DNA of 64,000 bases from an uncultured Bacteroides sp. (GCA_965140335.1 OZ223189.1:1380000-1443999); one strand, 5' to 3'; positions 16,847 through 27,694 are shown, numbered from the stretch's first letter. Translations and numbers: made by a program. Notes: generated from the sequence alone by a model not told the origin.

Positions 16847-19800
16847 TTATTTTGCATATTGTTCTATTTCCGGTTCAGCATCAGAGTTGTCCATGTCTTC
16901 CCATTTTATAGGTTTAGCTTTCTCTTGTAAGTATTGGAATACGACAAAGAGGGTGGGGACAATAAATATTTGCAAGAACATACCGACCAACATACCTCCA
17001 ATGGCAGATGTTCCCAATGTTCTATTACCGTGAGCTCCTACGCCAAATGCAAACATCATTGGTAGTAATCCGACTACCATCGCTAATGATGTCATTAAGA
17101 TCGGGCGTAAACGTGCACTGGCACCCAAAACCGCCGCCCATGTAATGCTCATGCCCATTTTACGGCGATCAAGTGCAAACTCTACGATAAGGATGGCATT
17201 CTTGGCTAGCAGTCCCATTAGCATAATCAATGCAATCTGCATATAGATGTCATTAGACATCGATCCCAAAATCATTTTCATGATTGAGATATTTCCTATT
17301 GCACTCATCCCGTTTACAAAAAGGAAGCTGCCGAGCAAACCGAACGGAATTGAAAGTAACACGGCAAAAGGTAGTATGTAGCTCTCGTATTGGGCACTTA
17401 ATAATAAGTATACAAATACAAAGCAAAGAATAAATATTAATCCTGTTGTGCTGCCACTGGTTTCCGCTTCTTCACGCGCCATACCACCCAATTCATAGCT
17501 GTAGCCTTGAGGCAAATCTTTTCCAGCAATTTCAGCAATAGCTTTCAAGGCTTGTCCACTAGTATAACCTTCTGCAGGAGCTACCATCACTTTCATAGAT
17601 GTGTAGAGATTAAAACGGCTGATAATATCCGGTCCGTATACTTTCTTTATTGTCATAAATTGGGAAATCGGGGCCATTTCATTACCGTTTCGTATTTTTA
17701 TGTTCCGAAGAGATTCGAGATTGGTTCGAGATGTAGGTTCTGCCTGTATCATCACACGGTACATTTTTCCAAACCGGTTAAAGTTAGAGGCATACAATCC
17801 CCCATAATAGCCTTGCATTGTCGTGAGAATATCATTCGGCTTGATACCCGCTTTTTTACAAGCTGCGGCATCAATATCAATCATGTACTGAGGAAATTTT
17901 GGGTTGAAAGTGGTTTGTGCCGATTTAATTTCAGGACGATCGAGCAGTGATTTCGTATAAGCAGTGACTACATTATAGAACTTATTCAAATCTCCGCCAG
18001 TCTTGTCTTGCATATTGAGCTCTATGTCACTGGATGCGGAATAACCTGGAATCATTGGCGGAGTGAAGAATAAAACTTGTGCCTCTTTGATGACTTTTTG
18101 CGCACGCATGTATAGTGATGCAAATATTACTGTTGAATTTTGCATTGTTGAGCGCTCCTCCCATGGTTTCAACTTGATAATGAATGAGCCATAAGATGGA
18201 CCTTGCCCGCCGATAAAACTAAATCCGGAGATTAGCGTACGGGACAGCACGGCAGGATCCGATGCCACTAAGCTGTCTACACGGGCAAATACTTGTTCGG
18301 CTCTTTCCTGCGAAGTTCCGGGAGGAAGAGTAACTGCTCCCATGATTACTCCGGTATCTTCACCCGGTACCATACCTGTAGGTGTTGTTTTCATGAAAAA
18401 CATCAATAAAAGAATTGATAGCCCGACAAGTCCGAATGACAACCATTTCTTATGGATAAAGAATAGAACCCGTTTCTTATATCCTTTTAGTAAATGTTCA
18501 TAATGTACATTAAATGCAGTGTGGAAGCGGGAAACAAAAGTAGACTTTTTTTCTCCGCTTTCCTTATGAGGTTTCAAGAAAATGGCACATAATGCGGGAC
18601 TTAACGTCAATGCATTTAATGCCGAAAAGCCTATTGCGATGGCCATTGTCAAGCCAAACTGGCGATAAAAGATTCCTGCTGTTCCTCCCATGAAACTTAC
18701 TGGTATGAAGACAGACATCATGACTAATGTAATAGAGACAATAGCACCTCCCAATTCACTCATTGCATCAATAGAGGCTAATTTTGCTGATTTATATCCC
18801 TGATCTAATTTTGCATGCACTCCTTCTACTACCACGATGGCATCATCCACAACAATGGCGATGGCCAGCACCATGGCACATAAAGTCAACAGGTTGATGC
18901 TAAAGCCTATTACCGAGAGCATGAAGAAAGTTCCGATCAAAGCTACCGGGATGGCAATTGCAGGTATCAGGGTAGAACGTAAATCTTGTAAAAAGATATA
19001 AACTACAATAAATACGAGTATAAACGCTTCCAGCAGGGTTTTGATTACTTCATGGATGGAGGCAAACAAGAAGTCATTTGCATTCATGGATATACTTACT
19101 TTTAGCCCGGTTGGGAGTTTCTTTTGGGTCTGCTTCAAAAGGTTTTCAATGTCGCTGATTGTGGCCGTAGCGTTTGTGCCTGCCATCTGGTACACAATAC
19201 ATGTTACTGCCTTATGCCCGTTTACTTGATTATTAAATGAATAGGCTAGTCGACCCAACTCAACTTTGGCAATATCTTTTAAACGGAGTACTTCGCCGTT
19301 AGGCAATGCTTTAATAACGATATTATCAAATTCCTGCGGCTGTTGTAAACGACCTCGATAGCGGATTGTGTATTGGAATGTCTGGTTCCCTTGTTCGCCG
19401 AATTGTCCCGGAGCGGCTTCTATGTTTTGTTCTGCTAGTGCTGTAGAAACATCCGAAGGTATCAGCTTATACTGGGCCATTACATCCGGCTTCAGCCAAA
19501 TACGCATGGAATAATCTTGTCCAAAGACATTAGCTTCACCTACCCCCTTGATACGTTGGATCTCGGGAATAAGATTGATTTTGGCATAATTGTCAATAAA
19601 TTCTATATTATATTTGTCGGACTCATCATAAAGAGAGAATACAACAAGCATTGAATTTTGTCGTTTTTGCGTCGTGACACCGACTCTGGTAACCTCTGCA
19701 GGCAATAGCCCCTGGGCCATAGATACCCGATTTTGTACATTTACCGCTGCCATATCCGGGTTCGTGCCTTGCTTGAAGTAGATGTTAATGTCGCCGCTTC

Positions 19801-20059
19801 CATTATTTGAAGCAGTAGACTGCATGTACATCATATTCTCTACGCCATTGATTTGGTCCTCTAGCGGAGCGATCACAGAGTTTAATACGGTAGAAGCGCT
19901 GGCGCCTGTATAGGTCGCTCTTACTGATACGGTAGGAGGTGCAATGTCCGGATATTGGGATATAGGTAGAGTTGCTAAACCGATAATACCAAGAATAACT
20001 ATCAATATGGAAATTACCGTAGATAGTACCGGACGATTTATAAATTTATCTAATTTCAT
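16847..20059 (-). CDS. RND multidrug efflux permease (AcrB/HAE1 family)
   Basis: 1070 aa. Starts 'FINRPVLSTVISILIVILG', with 12 predicted TM segments and two large periplasmic loops. Confidence 0.95.
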   Translation of the reverse strand: MKLDKFINRPVLSTVISILIVILGIIGLATLPISQYPDIAPPTVSVRATYTGASASTVLNSVIAPLEDQINGVENMMYMQSTASNNGSGDINIYFKQGTNPDMAAVNVQNRVSMAQGLLPAEVTRVGVTTQKRQNSMLVVFSLYDESDKYNIEFIDNYAKINLIPEIQRIKGVGEANVFGQDYSMRIWLKPDVMAQYKLIPSDVSTALAEQNIEAAPGQFGEQGNQTFQYTIRYRGRLQQPQEFDNIVIKALPNGEVLRLKDIAKVELGRLAYSFNNQVNGHKAVTCIVYQMAGTNATATISDIENLLKQTQKKLPTGLKVSISMNANDFLFASIHEVIKTLLEAFILVFIVVYIFLQDLRSTLIPAIAIPVALIGTFFMLSVIGFSINLLTLCAMVLAIAIVVDDAIVVVEGVHAKLDQGYKSAKLASIDAMSELGGAIVSITLVMMSVFIPVSFMGGTAGIFYRQFGLTMAIAIGFSALNALTLSPALCAIFLKPHKESGEKKSTFVSRFHTAFNVHYEHLLKGYKKRVLFFIHKKWLSFGLVGLSILLLMFFMKTTPTGMVPGEDTGVIMGAVTLPPGTSQERAEQVFARVDSLVASDPAVLSRTLISGFSFIGGQGPSYGSFIIKLKPWEERSTMQNSTVIFASLYMRAQKVIKEAQVLFFTPPMIPGYSASSDIELNMQDKTGGDLNKFYNVVTAYTKSLLDRPEIKSAQTTFNPKFPQYMIDIDAAACKKAGIKPNDILTTMQGYYGGLYASNFNRFGKMYRVMIQAEPTSRTNLESLRNIKIRNGNEMAPISQFMTIKKVYGPDIISRFNLYTSMKVMVAPAEGYTSGQALKAIAEIAGKDLPQGYSYELGGMAREEAETSGSTTGLIFILCFVFVYLLLSAQYESYILPFAVLLSIPFGLLGSFLFVNGMSAIGNISIMKMILGSMSNDIYMQIALIMLMGLLAKNAILIVEFALDRRKMGMSITWAAVLGASARLRPILMTSLAMVVGLLPMMFAFGVGAHGNRTLGTSAIGGMLVGMFLQIFIVPTLFVVFQYLQEKAKPIKWEDMDNSDAEPEIEQYAK

Positions 20060-20073
20060 ATTTTTTCTTCTGA

Positions 20074-21246
20074 TTAATTAAAAGCTGTAGAAAGATTCCC
20101 ATCTTTTTGGTCTTTCAGAGCTTTCTGATATTCAGCTTCTTTCTCTACAGGAGTAATGGGCTTGATGGATTCTCCGTCTTTTAGATTCTGTACACCTTCA
20201 ATCACAATTTTGTCTCCTGCTTTTAATCCTTTTGTTACTAAATAATGCTTGCCGTCATTCAAATTAGAAATTTGGATCTCTGTGTTTTTGATTGTATTAT
20301 CGGGTTGCAGTACGTATACAAATTTCTTATCTTGGATTTCTACTGTTGCTGATTGGGGAATTACCACTATATTCTTAAATACATAGGGGAAAATTACATT
20401 GCCAGTCCCCCCGCTACGTAAAACGTTATTGGTATTAGGGAATGTAGCTCTCATGCTTACTGATCCGGTCGTGGGATCGATTACGCCACTGATTGTTTCC
20501 ACTCTTCCTTTTTCTTTATAAATGCTACCATCGATCAGTTGGAGATTGACTTCTGGCATTTTTGCTAAAATTTCTTTCATACTTCCACCTTCGCGGATTA
20601 AGTCAAGTAGTTGCTTTTCAGTCATAGAGAAGTAAACATACATTTCTGAAATATCAGATACCGTGGTTAACGGAGTAGCAGAAGACGAGTTGACCAAACT
20701 TCCCACACGGAATGGTATGTCACCAGCTATTCCGTTCGAAGGGCTTGTTACGGTACAGTACGCAAGATCTTGGCGGGCTTTTATTAAGTTAGCCTGTGCT
20801 TGTGCCAGAGAAGCTTTAACAGAAGCCAGTTGGTTCTCCGCCATCTGCATGTCGTATTCACTTATGATATTTTTTTTAAGCAGTTGGCGCTTGTTGTTGA
20901 CCGTTAATTGTTGCGTAGCTACTGTGGCCTGATTGGATTTCACATTCGCTTCGGCTATGTTAACAGCTTCTTGATATTGAACCGGATCAATAAGGAAGAG
21001 GGGTTGTCCTTTGCGGACAACATTTCCTTCATCAATATAAAGCTTTGTGATAAAACCGGCCACTTTGGGGCGGATCTCAACATCTTGTTTGCCTTTTATC
21101 GTTGCAGGGTAACTGACTTTTGAATTTGCATTGGTTGTTTGCACGGCAATTACTGCACATTCCGGGGTATTACTTTTACCTTTGTCATTTTGCCCACAGC
21201 CGAACAGTAACAGGCAAGATGTCAATAATATAAATCTACTCTTCAT
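20074..21246 (-). CDS. RND efflux periplasmic adaptor (membrane fusion protein) lipoprotein
   Basis: Lipobox 'LLFGC'. Lipoyl/barrel-sandwich and coiled-coil hairpin pattern. Immediately upstream of the RND gene. Confidence 0.9.
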   Translation of the reverse strand: MKSRFILLTSCLLLFGCGQNDKGKSNTPECAVIAVQTTNANSKVSYPATIKGKQDVEIRPKVAGFITKLYIDEGNVVRKGQPLFLIDPVQYQEAVNIAEANVKSNQATVATQQLTVNNKRQLLKKNIISEYDMQMAENQLASVKASLAQAQANLIKARQDLAYCTVTSPSNGIAGDIPFRVGSLVNSSSATPLTTVSDISEMYVYFSMTEKQLLDLIREGGSMKEILAKMPEVNLQLIDGSIYKEKGRVETISGVIDPTTGSVSMRATFPNTNNVLRSGGTGNVIFPYVFKNIVVIPQSATVEIQDKKFVYVLQPDNTIKNTEIQISNLNDGKHYLVTKGLKAGDKIVIEGVQNLKDGESIKPITPVEKEAEYQKALKDQKDGNLSTAFN

Positions 21247-21506
21247 ACTCGTAATTATTATCTTTACTTGGTTTAATTTTGTTTTTGGATTTCGTTCTTG
21301 TGTTATCTCAAAGATTATTAAGAAAATTGAATACGAAAAACTATAAATACGATTCGAGTTTTTCGGGTGTAAAGTTATTCATTTCTTTTTTATATATACT
21401 GTATCTAGCTTGTTTTTAACTATGTTTTGTATATTTCATCTGTTGAGCAGAATAAGCGTTTTGATTAAAATACTGTAAAGCATAGGGCTTATTTATAGAT
21501 AACCCT

Positions 21507-21514
21507 TATTTTTG
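21507..21514 (+). promoter_or_regulatory. -7 motif (TATTTTTG) for the Ig-like lipoprotein gene
   Basis: Exact match, 5 nt before the ATG at 21519 and 29 nt before the ATG at 21543. Confidence 0.45.
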
Positions 21515-21542
21515 TACCATGTTTTATATTAAAGTTCCGAAT

Positions 21543-23420
21543 ATGAAGTTATTATTTCGTCGATTCATAGGTTTTGTGGTAATAGTAGGTGTACTGTATT
21601 CATGTGCAAGCATTGGTCGTATTGAAGGTGGTCCTATTGATGAAACTCCACCCCGCTTTATAACTGGCATGCCGTTACCGGGCTCACTGAACAATACCAA
21701 GAAAAAAATCACGATACTGTTTGATGAATTCATTAAGTTGGATAAGGCGAATGAAAAGATTGTGATATCACCACCCCAAGTGCAGCAGCCGGAAATTAAG
21801 GCAAACGGGAAGAGGGTTGCCATTAATTTGCAGGATACGCTTAAATCAAATACAACTTATACCATTGATTTCGCAGATGCTATTCAGGATAATAACGAAG
21901 GAAATGCCTTATCTGATTTCAGCTATACTTTTTCTACAGGGTCTGTTATTGATTCGATGATGATTTCCGGTTTTGTTCTTAATGCGTCAAATTTGGAACC
22001 GGTAAAAGGGTTATTGGTCGGGTTACATTCCGATCTTTCCGATTCAGCATTTATTGTTAAGCCGTTTGACCGCGTAGGACGTACTGACAGCCGGGGACAT
22101 TTTTCCATTAGAGGTGTTGCACCAGGGAAGTATCATATTTTTGCGTTGGAAGATGCGGATCAGAATTTTGCCTATAACCAACCTGTTGAAACTATCGCTT
22201 TCAATGATTCGCTTGTCGTTCCCTCTATGGAAGAACGGGTTCGTCAGGATACCATATGGAAGGATTCACTGACTGTGGATAGCATTGTAAAGAAAACCTA
22301 TACTTACTATTTGCCGGATGATGTTTTATTACGTTGCTTTAAAAAGTCTTCTTACGCTCAAAGATTCCTTAAGGGTGAAAGGCTTGATCCTCGAATTTTT
22401 TCGCTTTATTTTGCTGCACCGGCAGATACTCTTCCTATTCTGAAAGGGTTGAACTTTGACGAGCATAACGCCTTTGTTATAGATCAGGCAAATGTGCGTA
22501 ACGATAGTATTCATTATTGGATTAAGGATTCATTGCTCTATAAAAAAGATACTCTACAAATCAGTTTAACTTATTTGTATACGGATACACTTAACCAGTT
22601 GGTTCCCCGGACAGATACATTAAACCTGTTTGTAAAGAATCGGCCTAAGACTAAAAAGAAGAAAAAAGAGAGTGATAAGCAAAAGGCTGATAGTATAGAA
22701 TTTCTTCCTGTTGATGTATATGCGCCCGGTACGATGGATGTCTATGATTATATAACTTTTAATTTTAGTGAACCTGTGGCTCGAATTGACACTTTGGCCA
22801 TTCATTTGAGGCAAAAAGTAGATAGCTTATTATCTGATGTACACTTTGACTTTCTTCGTGATTCAATAGATGTTAAGCGTTATAATCTATTTGTGAATTG
22901 GAAACCTGGTGGAAGCTATACTTTAGAAGTGGATTCTATGGCTTTTCATAGTCTATATGGATTGTACACAGATAAGATAAAGAAAGAATTTAAAGTGAAA
23001 AAGCTTGAAGATTATGGTCAGATTTTCTTTAATGTGACAGGTGAGACCTCTCCTTCTTTTGTAGAGCTGCTGGATGCCCAAGATAAAGTAGTTCGTACAG
23101 TTCCTATTGTTGACGGAAAGGCGGATTTTTATTACTTAAATCCAGGCAAATATGGCGCGCGGCTTATAGAAGATTTAAATGGAAATGGGGTTTGGGACAC
23201 TGGTGATTACTCAAAGAAGTTGCAACCTGAGAATGTCTATTATTACCCTCAGGTTTTGGAGTTTAAAGCTAATTTTGACTTGATTCAGGATTGGAATATA
23301 AAAGGAAAAGCACTCGATAAACAAAAACCGAACGAACTTAAAAAACAAAAACCAGATGAAAACAAGAAAAAGAAAAAAAATAGTGGACAGAATAGGCCGG
23401 GTTCGAATTATCGCAGGTAA
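21543..23420 (+). CDS. Lipoprotein with N-terminal SbsA-type Ig-like domain and Lys-rich C-terminal tail
   Basis: 'MKLLFRRFIGFVVIVGVLYSC' lipoprotein signal. The -7 box at 21507-21514 is too close to the ORF-track ATG (21519), so 21543 is preferred. The tail reads 'KKQKPDENKKKKKNSGQNRPGSNYRR'. Confidence 0.65.
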   Translation: MKLLFRRFIGFVVIVGVLYSCASIGRIEGGPIDETPPRFITGMPLPGSLNNTKKKITILFDEFIKLDKANEKIVISPPQVQQPEIKANGKRVAINLQDTLKSNTTYTIDFADAIQDNNEGNALSDFSYTFSTGSVIDSMMISGFVLNASNLEPVKGLLVGLHSDLSDSAFIVKPFDRVGRTDSRGHFSIRGVAPGKYHIFALEDADQNFAYNQPVETIAFNDSLVVPSMEERVRQDTIWKDSLTVDSIVKKTYTYYLPDDVLLRCFKKSSYAQRFLKGERLDPRIFSLYFAAPADTLPILKGLNFDEHNAFVIDQANVRNDSIHYWIKDSLLYKKDTLQISLTYLYTDTLNQLVPRTDTLNLFVKNRPKTKKKKKESDKQKADSIEFLPVDVYAPGTMDVYDYITFNFSEPVARIDTLAIHLRQKVDSLLSDVHFDFLRDSIDVKRYNLFVNWKPGGSYTLEVDSMAFHSLYGLYTDKIKKEFKVKKLEDYGQIFFNVTGETSPSFVELLDAQDKVVRTVPIVDGKADFYYLNPGKYGARLIEDLNGNGVWDTGDYSKKLQPENVYYYPQVLEFKANFDLIQDWNIKGKALDKQKPNELKKQKPDENKKKKKNSGQNRPGSNYRR

Positions 23421-24225
23421 ACTGGGAATTATATGTTGTCTATTAATGGTTGCACCACTATCGGTAAAATCTCAGTGTGCAACTACAAATACAGCATTTC
23501 AATCAGGTGAGCATGTAACTTATGATCTGTATTTTAACTGGCAGTTCCTTTGGAAGAAAGTCGGCTCAGCCAGTTTGACGACTTATTCCACAACTTACCA
23601 GTCTCGTCCTGCATTTCGTCTTAATCTGATTTCGGCAGGTAGTAAAAAAACCGATTTCTTTTTTAAGATGCGTGATACGTTGACATGTTATGTCAGTGAC
23701 AGGTTAGAACCATTATACTTTCGTAAGGCCGCCGAGGAAGGTAGTCGCTATACTATAGATGAGGCTTGGTTTTCCTATAAAAATGGTGTGTCGTATGTGA
23801 AGCAAAAGCGTACTTGGAAGAATGGCAGAATACAAGAAACGGAGTATAATGATAGTCGTTGTATTCATGATATGTTGAGCATTCTGGCTCAGGCGCGCTC
23901 TTATACTCCCGATAGCTATAAAGAGGGTGATCGTATCCTTTTTCCTATGGTTACCGGCCGCAAAGTAGAACAACAAACCCTTATTTATCGGGGAAAAAAG
24001 GAGATAAAAGCAGATAATGATACTGTGTACAGATGTTTGGTATTTTCTTTGGTGGAGTATAAAAAGGGTAAAGAGAAAGAGGTGATTACATTCTATGTCT
24101 CAGATGATAAAAATCATCTTCCTGTCCGCTTGGATCTATATTTAAATTTTGGTTCGGCTAAAGCATTTTTGAAGAGAGTGAGAGGAAACCGTTATCCGAT
24201 GACTTCTTATGTGAGAAGAGATTGA
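23356..24225 (+). CDS. DUF3108-like secreted protein
   Basis: Basic n-region plus hydrophobic core 'LGIICCLLMVAPLSVKSQ'. Overlaps the upstream gene by 65 nt in another frame. Confidence 0.6.
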   Translation: MKTRKRKKIVDRIGRVRIIAGKLGIICCLLMVAPLSVKSQCATTNTAFQSGEHVTYDLYFNWQFLWKKVGSASLTTYSTTYQSRPAFRLNLISAGSKKTDFFFKMRDTLTCYVSDRLEPLYFRKAAEEGSRYTIDEAWFSYKNGVSYVKQKRTWKNGRIQETEYNDSRCIHDMLSILAQARSYTPDSYKEGDRILFPMVTGRKVEQQTLIYRGKKEIKADNDTVYRCLVFSLVEYKKGKEKEVITFYVSDDKNHLPVRLDLYLNFGSAKAFLKRVRGNRYPMTSYVRRD

Positions 24226-24287
24226 GATCTTTGCATTGTACCAGCTTATTTCCGCTTTGACAGGACCGATTGTGCTATGGACCGGGT

Positions 24288-24692
24288 TTAAATTGAAAAT
24301 GGAAGTAAATCCTTTTTTCTGTATACACTGGATTCAAATGTGGCTATCAGTTTCCCATGCTGATTAGTAATGTCTATTTGATAGTGTCCGGTAGTTTGTC
24401 CAATATATCTTTCATGTGCTTCGGCATATAGTGTATCTCCTATCCCGCTACTGCGCAGGAAGGTAATATTGGAAGACAGTGATAAACTTAATGTTCCGTG
24501 CGAATTGGCAGCGGCAGCTAAAGCCAAATCGGCAAGAGTGAAGATGGCTCCCCCCTGTGTACGCCCTCCGGCGTTAAGGTGCTTTTCGGTTATGGTAAGA
24601 CAAGCTTTTCCATAACCTTTACGCATTTCTATTAGTTTTATATCATTTGCCTCGGCGAAACAATCACTCTTGAAAAATTCGATTGGATCCAT
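24288..24692 (-). CDS. PaaI-family hotdog-fold thioesterase
   Basis: 134 aa with the motif 'NAGGRTQGGAIFTLADLA'. Lies 2 nt downstream of cysS. Confidence 0.8.
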   Translation of the reverse strand: MDPIEFFKSDCFAEANDIKLIEMRKGYGKACLTITEKHLNAGGRTQGGAIFTLADLALAAAANSHGTLSLSLSSNITFLRSSGIGDTLYAEAHERYIGQTTGHYQIDITNQHGKLIATFESSVYRKKDLLPFSI

Positions 24693-24694
24693 TG

Positions 24695-26170
24695 CTACTT
24701 ATTTAATTTCCATTCACTACCATCTTTGGTGTCTTTAATTTCAAAGCCAAGGCTGGTGAGTTCATTTCTTATTTTATCTGATGTGCTCCAATCTTTCTTG
24801 GCCTTGGCTATTAGCCGCTGTTCCAGAAGCATGTCCACTACTTTTCCAAAAGCAACTTCTCGTTTCTCATCTGAACTATTTTCTCTTTTTAGCCCTAAGA
24901 TATCGAAGCAAAAAAGATGAAAAGTCTCTTTTAGATCGTTTAAGTCGTCCAAGGTAATCGTATCATTTCCGGCGAGAATGTTATTGATTATCTTGGCTCC
25001 GTCAAAAAGATGTGCGATAACAATGGGGGAGTTGAGATCATCATTCATTGCTTCGTAACATTTTGTACGTAATGATTGGGTTTCTACGGTGGAGGAAGCT
25101 TCCGGTGTGATCTTGTCCAGCCCGTTTACTGCCTCCATTAATCGCGAAAGCCCTTTCTCAGAAGCTTGCAAAGCTTCATTGCTGAAATCTACCGTGCTGC
25201 GATAATGAGCTTGTAGAATGAAAAAACGTATTGTCATAGGGCTATAGGCTTGGGAGAGCAACTTGTGGCTTCCTTGGATAAATTCTTCCAAAGTAATGAA
25301 ATTTCCTAATGATTTGCCCATTTTGGTTCCGTTGATAGTAATCATGTTGTTGTGCATCCAATAATGTACCATATCATCTCCTTGCGAGGCTACGGATTGA
25401 GCAATTTCACATTCGTGATGCGGAAATATTAAGTCCATCCCACCTCCATGAATGTCAAAGTGATTACCGAGATATTTCTTTCCCATAGCGGTACATTCGC
25501 AGTGCCAGCCAGGAAATCCATCACTCCAGGGGGACGGCCAGCGCATGATATGCTCCGGTTGGGCCTTTTTCCAGAGAGCAAAGTCGGCCGGATTCCGTTT
25601 TTCACTTTGTCCGTCCAGTTCACGTGTTGTATTTAATACGTCATCCAAATTTCGGCCTGACAATTTTCCATAGTGGTGATCTTTATTGTATTTTGCCACA
25701 TCAAAGTAAATCGAACCTTCGCTTTCATAAGCATATCCATTGTGTAGTATTTCTTTGACCAGTTGGATTTGTTCTATGATATGGCCTGAAGCGTGAGGCT
25801 CTATACTTGGAGGAAGTACGTTTAGTGCTTCCATTGCTTTATGATACCGGTTTAAATAAAATTGCACAATCTCCATCGGTTCCAATTCTTCCAATCTGGC
25901 TTTTTTCGCAATTTTATCTTCTCCTTCATCTGCATCATGCTCCAAATGCCCTACATCGGTAATATTTCGAACATAACGGACTTTGTAACCTAAATGAATA
26001 AGATAACGAAAGAGCAGATCAAAAGTGATGGCCGGGCGGGCATGTCCCAAATGTGCATCTCCATATACGGTTGGTCCGCAGACATACATGCCGACATGAG
26101 GTGTATGTAAGGGCACAAATAGTTCTTTCTTTCTGTTTAGAGTATTATAAATTGTCAGTTGGTGTTCCAT
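24695..26170 (-). CDS. cysS: Cysteine--tRNA ligase
   Basis: HIGH motif 'HLGHAR', KMSKS motif 'KMGKS', and zinc-site 'CECT'. Confidence 0.96.
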   Translation of the reverse strand: MEHQLTIYNTLNRKKELFVPLHTPHVGMYVCGPTVYGDAHLGHARPAITFDLLFRYLIHLGYKVRYVRNITDVGHLEHDADEGEDKIAKKARLEELEPMEIVQFYLNRYHKAMEALNVLPPSIEPHASGHIIEQIQLVKEILHNGYAYESEGSIYFDVAKYNKDHHYGKLSGRNLDDVLNTTRELDGQSEKRNPADFALWKKAQPEHIMRWPSPWSDGFPGWHCECTAMGKKYLGNHFDIHGGGMDLIFPHHECEIAQSVASQGDDMVHYWMHNNMITINGTKMGKSLGNFITLEEFIQGSHKLLSQAYSPMTIRFFILQAHYRSTVDFSNEALQASEKGLSRLMEAVNGLDKITPEASSTVETQSLRTKCYEAMNDDLNSPIVIAHLFDGAKIINNILAGNDTITLDDLNDLKETFHLFCFDILGLKRENSSDEKREVAFGKVVDMLLEQRLIAKAKKDWSTSDKIRNELTSLGFEIKDTKDGSEWKLNK

Positions 26171-26182
26171 AACGTTTGTACT

Positions 26183-27694
26183 TTATTTATTCAAATCCAG
26201 CATTTCTTCGATATATTTTCGATTATTGTTGAGACGTGGCACTTTATATTGCCCGCCTAGTTTTCCCTTTTGTGCCAACCAATCATGAAACAGCCCTTTG
26301 CGGGCAACGATGAGTTCCAATGGTTGTAAGGCAAGATTATTCTGGCGTTTTGCTTCGTAGTCTGAATTCACCTCTTTAAGTGCGCTATCTAGTACTTTAG
26401 AAAAATAGTCTAGATTATCAGGCATTTGTGCGAATTCAATTAGCCATTGATGCCTACATTTAGCATTAGCATCCATAAAGACAGGAGCAGCCGAGTAGTC
26501 TATGACTTGAGCTCCGGTTGCAGCGCAAGCCTGTGCCAATCCCTTTTCCGCATTATCTACAATGAGCTCTTCACCAAAGGCATTGATAAAGTGTTTCGTA
26601 CGTCCGGTGATGACAAACTTATAAGGATGATTGTTGGTGAATCTGACCGTATCTCCAATCATATAGCGCCATAGACCCGCGGAAGTAGAAATAACCATTG
26701 CATAATTTCTGTTAAGCTCAATTTCTGCCAGGTTATAAATGCGTGGATTCTCCTTGCCTATATCTTCAAGTGGTATAAATTCATAAAAGATACCATAATC
26801 AATCATTAACAGCATGGATTGGTCATTAGGGTCATTTTGCGTGCCAAAGTAACCTTCAGAGGCATTGTATGTTTCCACGTAGTGCATATTGCTTGATCGT
26901 ATCACATCTCTGTATTGATCGCGGTAGGGGGTAAAGGCAACGCCTCCATGAAAAAAAACTTCCAAGTTTGGCCAGACTTCTTCCAGTGATTGTTTTCCTG
27001 TTTTGTGGAGGACATGCTTAATTAGCACCAACATCCATGATGGTACACCGGACAGGCTCGTAACATTTGTTTTTAAAGTGCTGTTTGCGATAGCCTCCAT
27101 TTTGCTTTCGAAGTCGTTCATGAGGGCAATCTTCTTACTGGGAACGCGGATACTGTTGACTAATGGATTCACATTTTGTATCAGAATAGCTGAAAGATCG
27201 CCCACAAGGCTATGTCTGAAATTAAGATTCGGACTATGACTACCGCCCAGTATTAAGCCTTTTCCTGAGAAAAGGCGGCTGTTTGGATTCTCTCCTAAAT
27301 AGATGGCGACAGCATCTTTACCTCCTTGGTAATGAGTGTCTTGTAATGATTCTTTGCTGACAGGAAGAAACTTACTTTTGTCGTTTGTTGTGCCTGACGA
27401 TTTTGCAAACCAACGTATTTCAGAAGGCCATAATAAATTTTGCTCCCCATTACGAAGGCGTATTACATAAGGCTTTATTTCTTCATAAGTTTGAATCGGG
27501 AGGCGATTTTTAAAATCCTCGTAACTTAGTATGCTTTTATAATCATATTTCTTTCCCCATTCCGTGTCCTTTGCCATCTGTAATAAACGGTTCAGAACTT
27601 GCTGTTGCAAATCTCCGGACCGCTCGGCGTAACGGTCGATTTCATTTAAACGGGGGGCAAAATATAACTTATTAAGCGAGGTTGTAATATTCAT
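26183..27694 (-). CDS. GH3 (Gretchen-Hagen-3, acyl-acid amido synthetase-like) family adenylating enzyme
   Basis: 503 aa. 'FAKSSGTTNDKSKFLP' (ANL-type P-loop-like 'SSGTT') and 'YNASEGYFG', as in bacterial GH3-family proteins. Confidence 0.8.
   Translation of the reverse strand: MNITTSLNKLYFAPRLNEIDRYAERSGDLQQQVLNRLLQMAKDTEWGKKYDYKSILSYEDFKNRLPIQTYEEIKPYVIRLRNGEQNLLWPSEIRWFAKSSGTTNDKSKFLPVSKESLQDTHYQGGKDAVAIYLGENPNSRLFSGKGLILGGSHSPNLNFRHSLVGDLSAILIQNVNPLVNSIRVPSKKIALMNDFESKMEAIANSTLKTNVTSLSGVPSWMLVLIKHVLHKTGKQSLEEVWPNLEVFFHGGVAFTPYRDQYRDVIRSSNMHYVETYNASEGYFGTQNDPNDQSMLLMIDYGIFYEFIPLEDIGKENPRIYNLAEIELNRNYAMVISTSAGLWRYMIGDTVRFTNNHPYKFVITGRTKHFINAFGEELIVDNAEKGLAQACAATGAQVIDYSAAPVFMDANAKCRHQWLIEFAQMPDNLDYFSKVLDSALKEVNSDYEAKRQNNLALQPLELIVARKGLFHDWLAQKGKLGGQYKVPRLNNNRKYIEEMLDLNK

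Noticed and set aside
21519-21542. ORF-track start (ATG 21519) of the Ig-like lipoprotein gene
   Set aside because: The TAnnTTTG box ends 5 nt before it. The next ATG (21543) gives a canonical lipoprotein signal peptide with a normal leader length.
23397-23412. tRNA T-arm-like string GGGTTCGAATTA
   Set aside because: No acceptor, D or anticodon stems can be drawn around it, and it lies inside two overlapping coding frames. I saw no other tRNA-like sequence in the intergenic regions.
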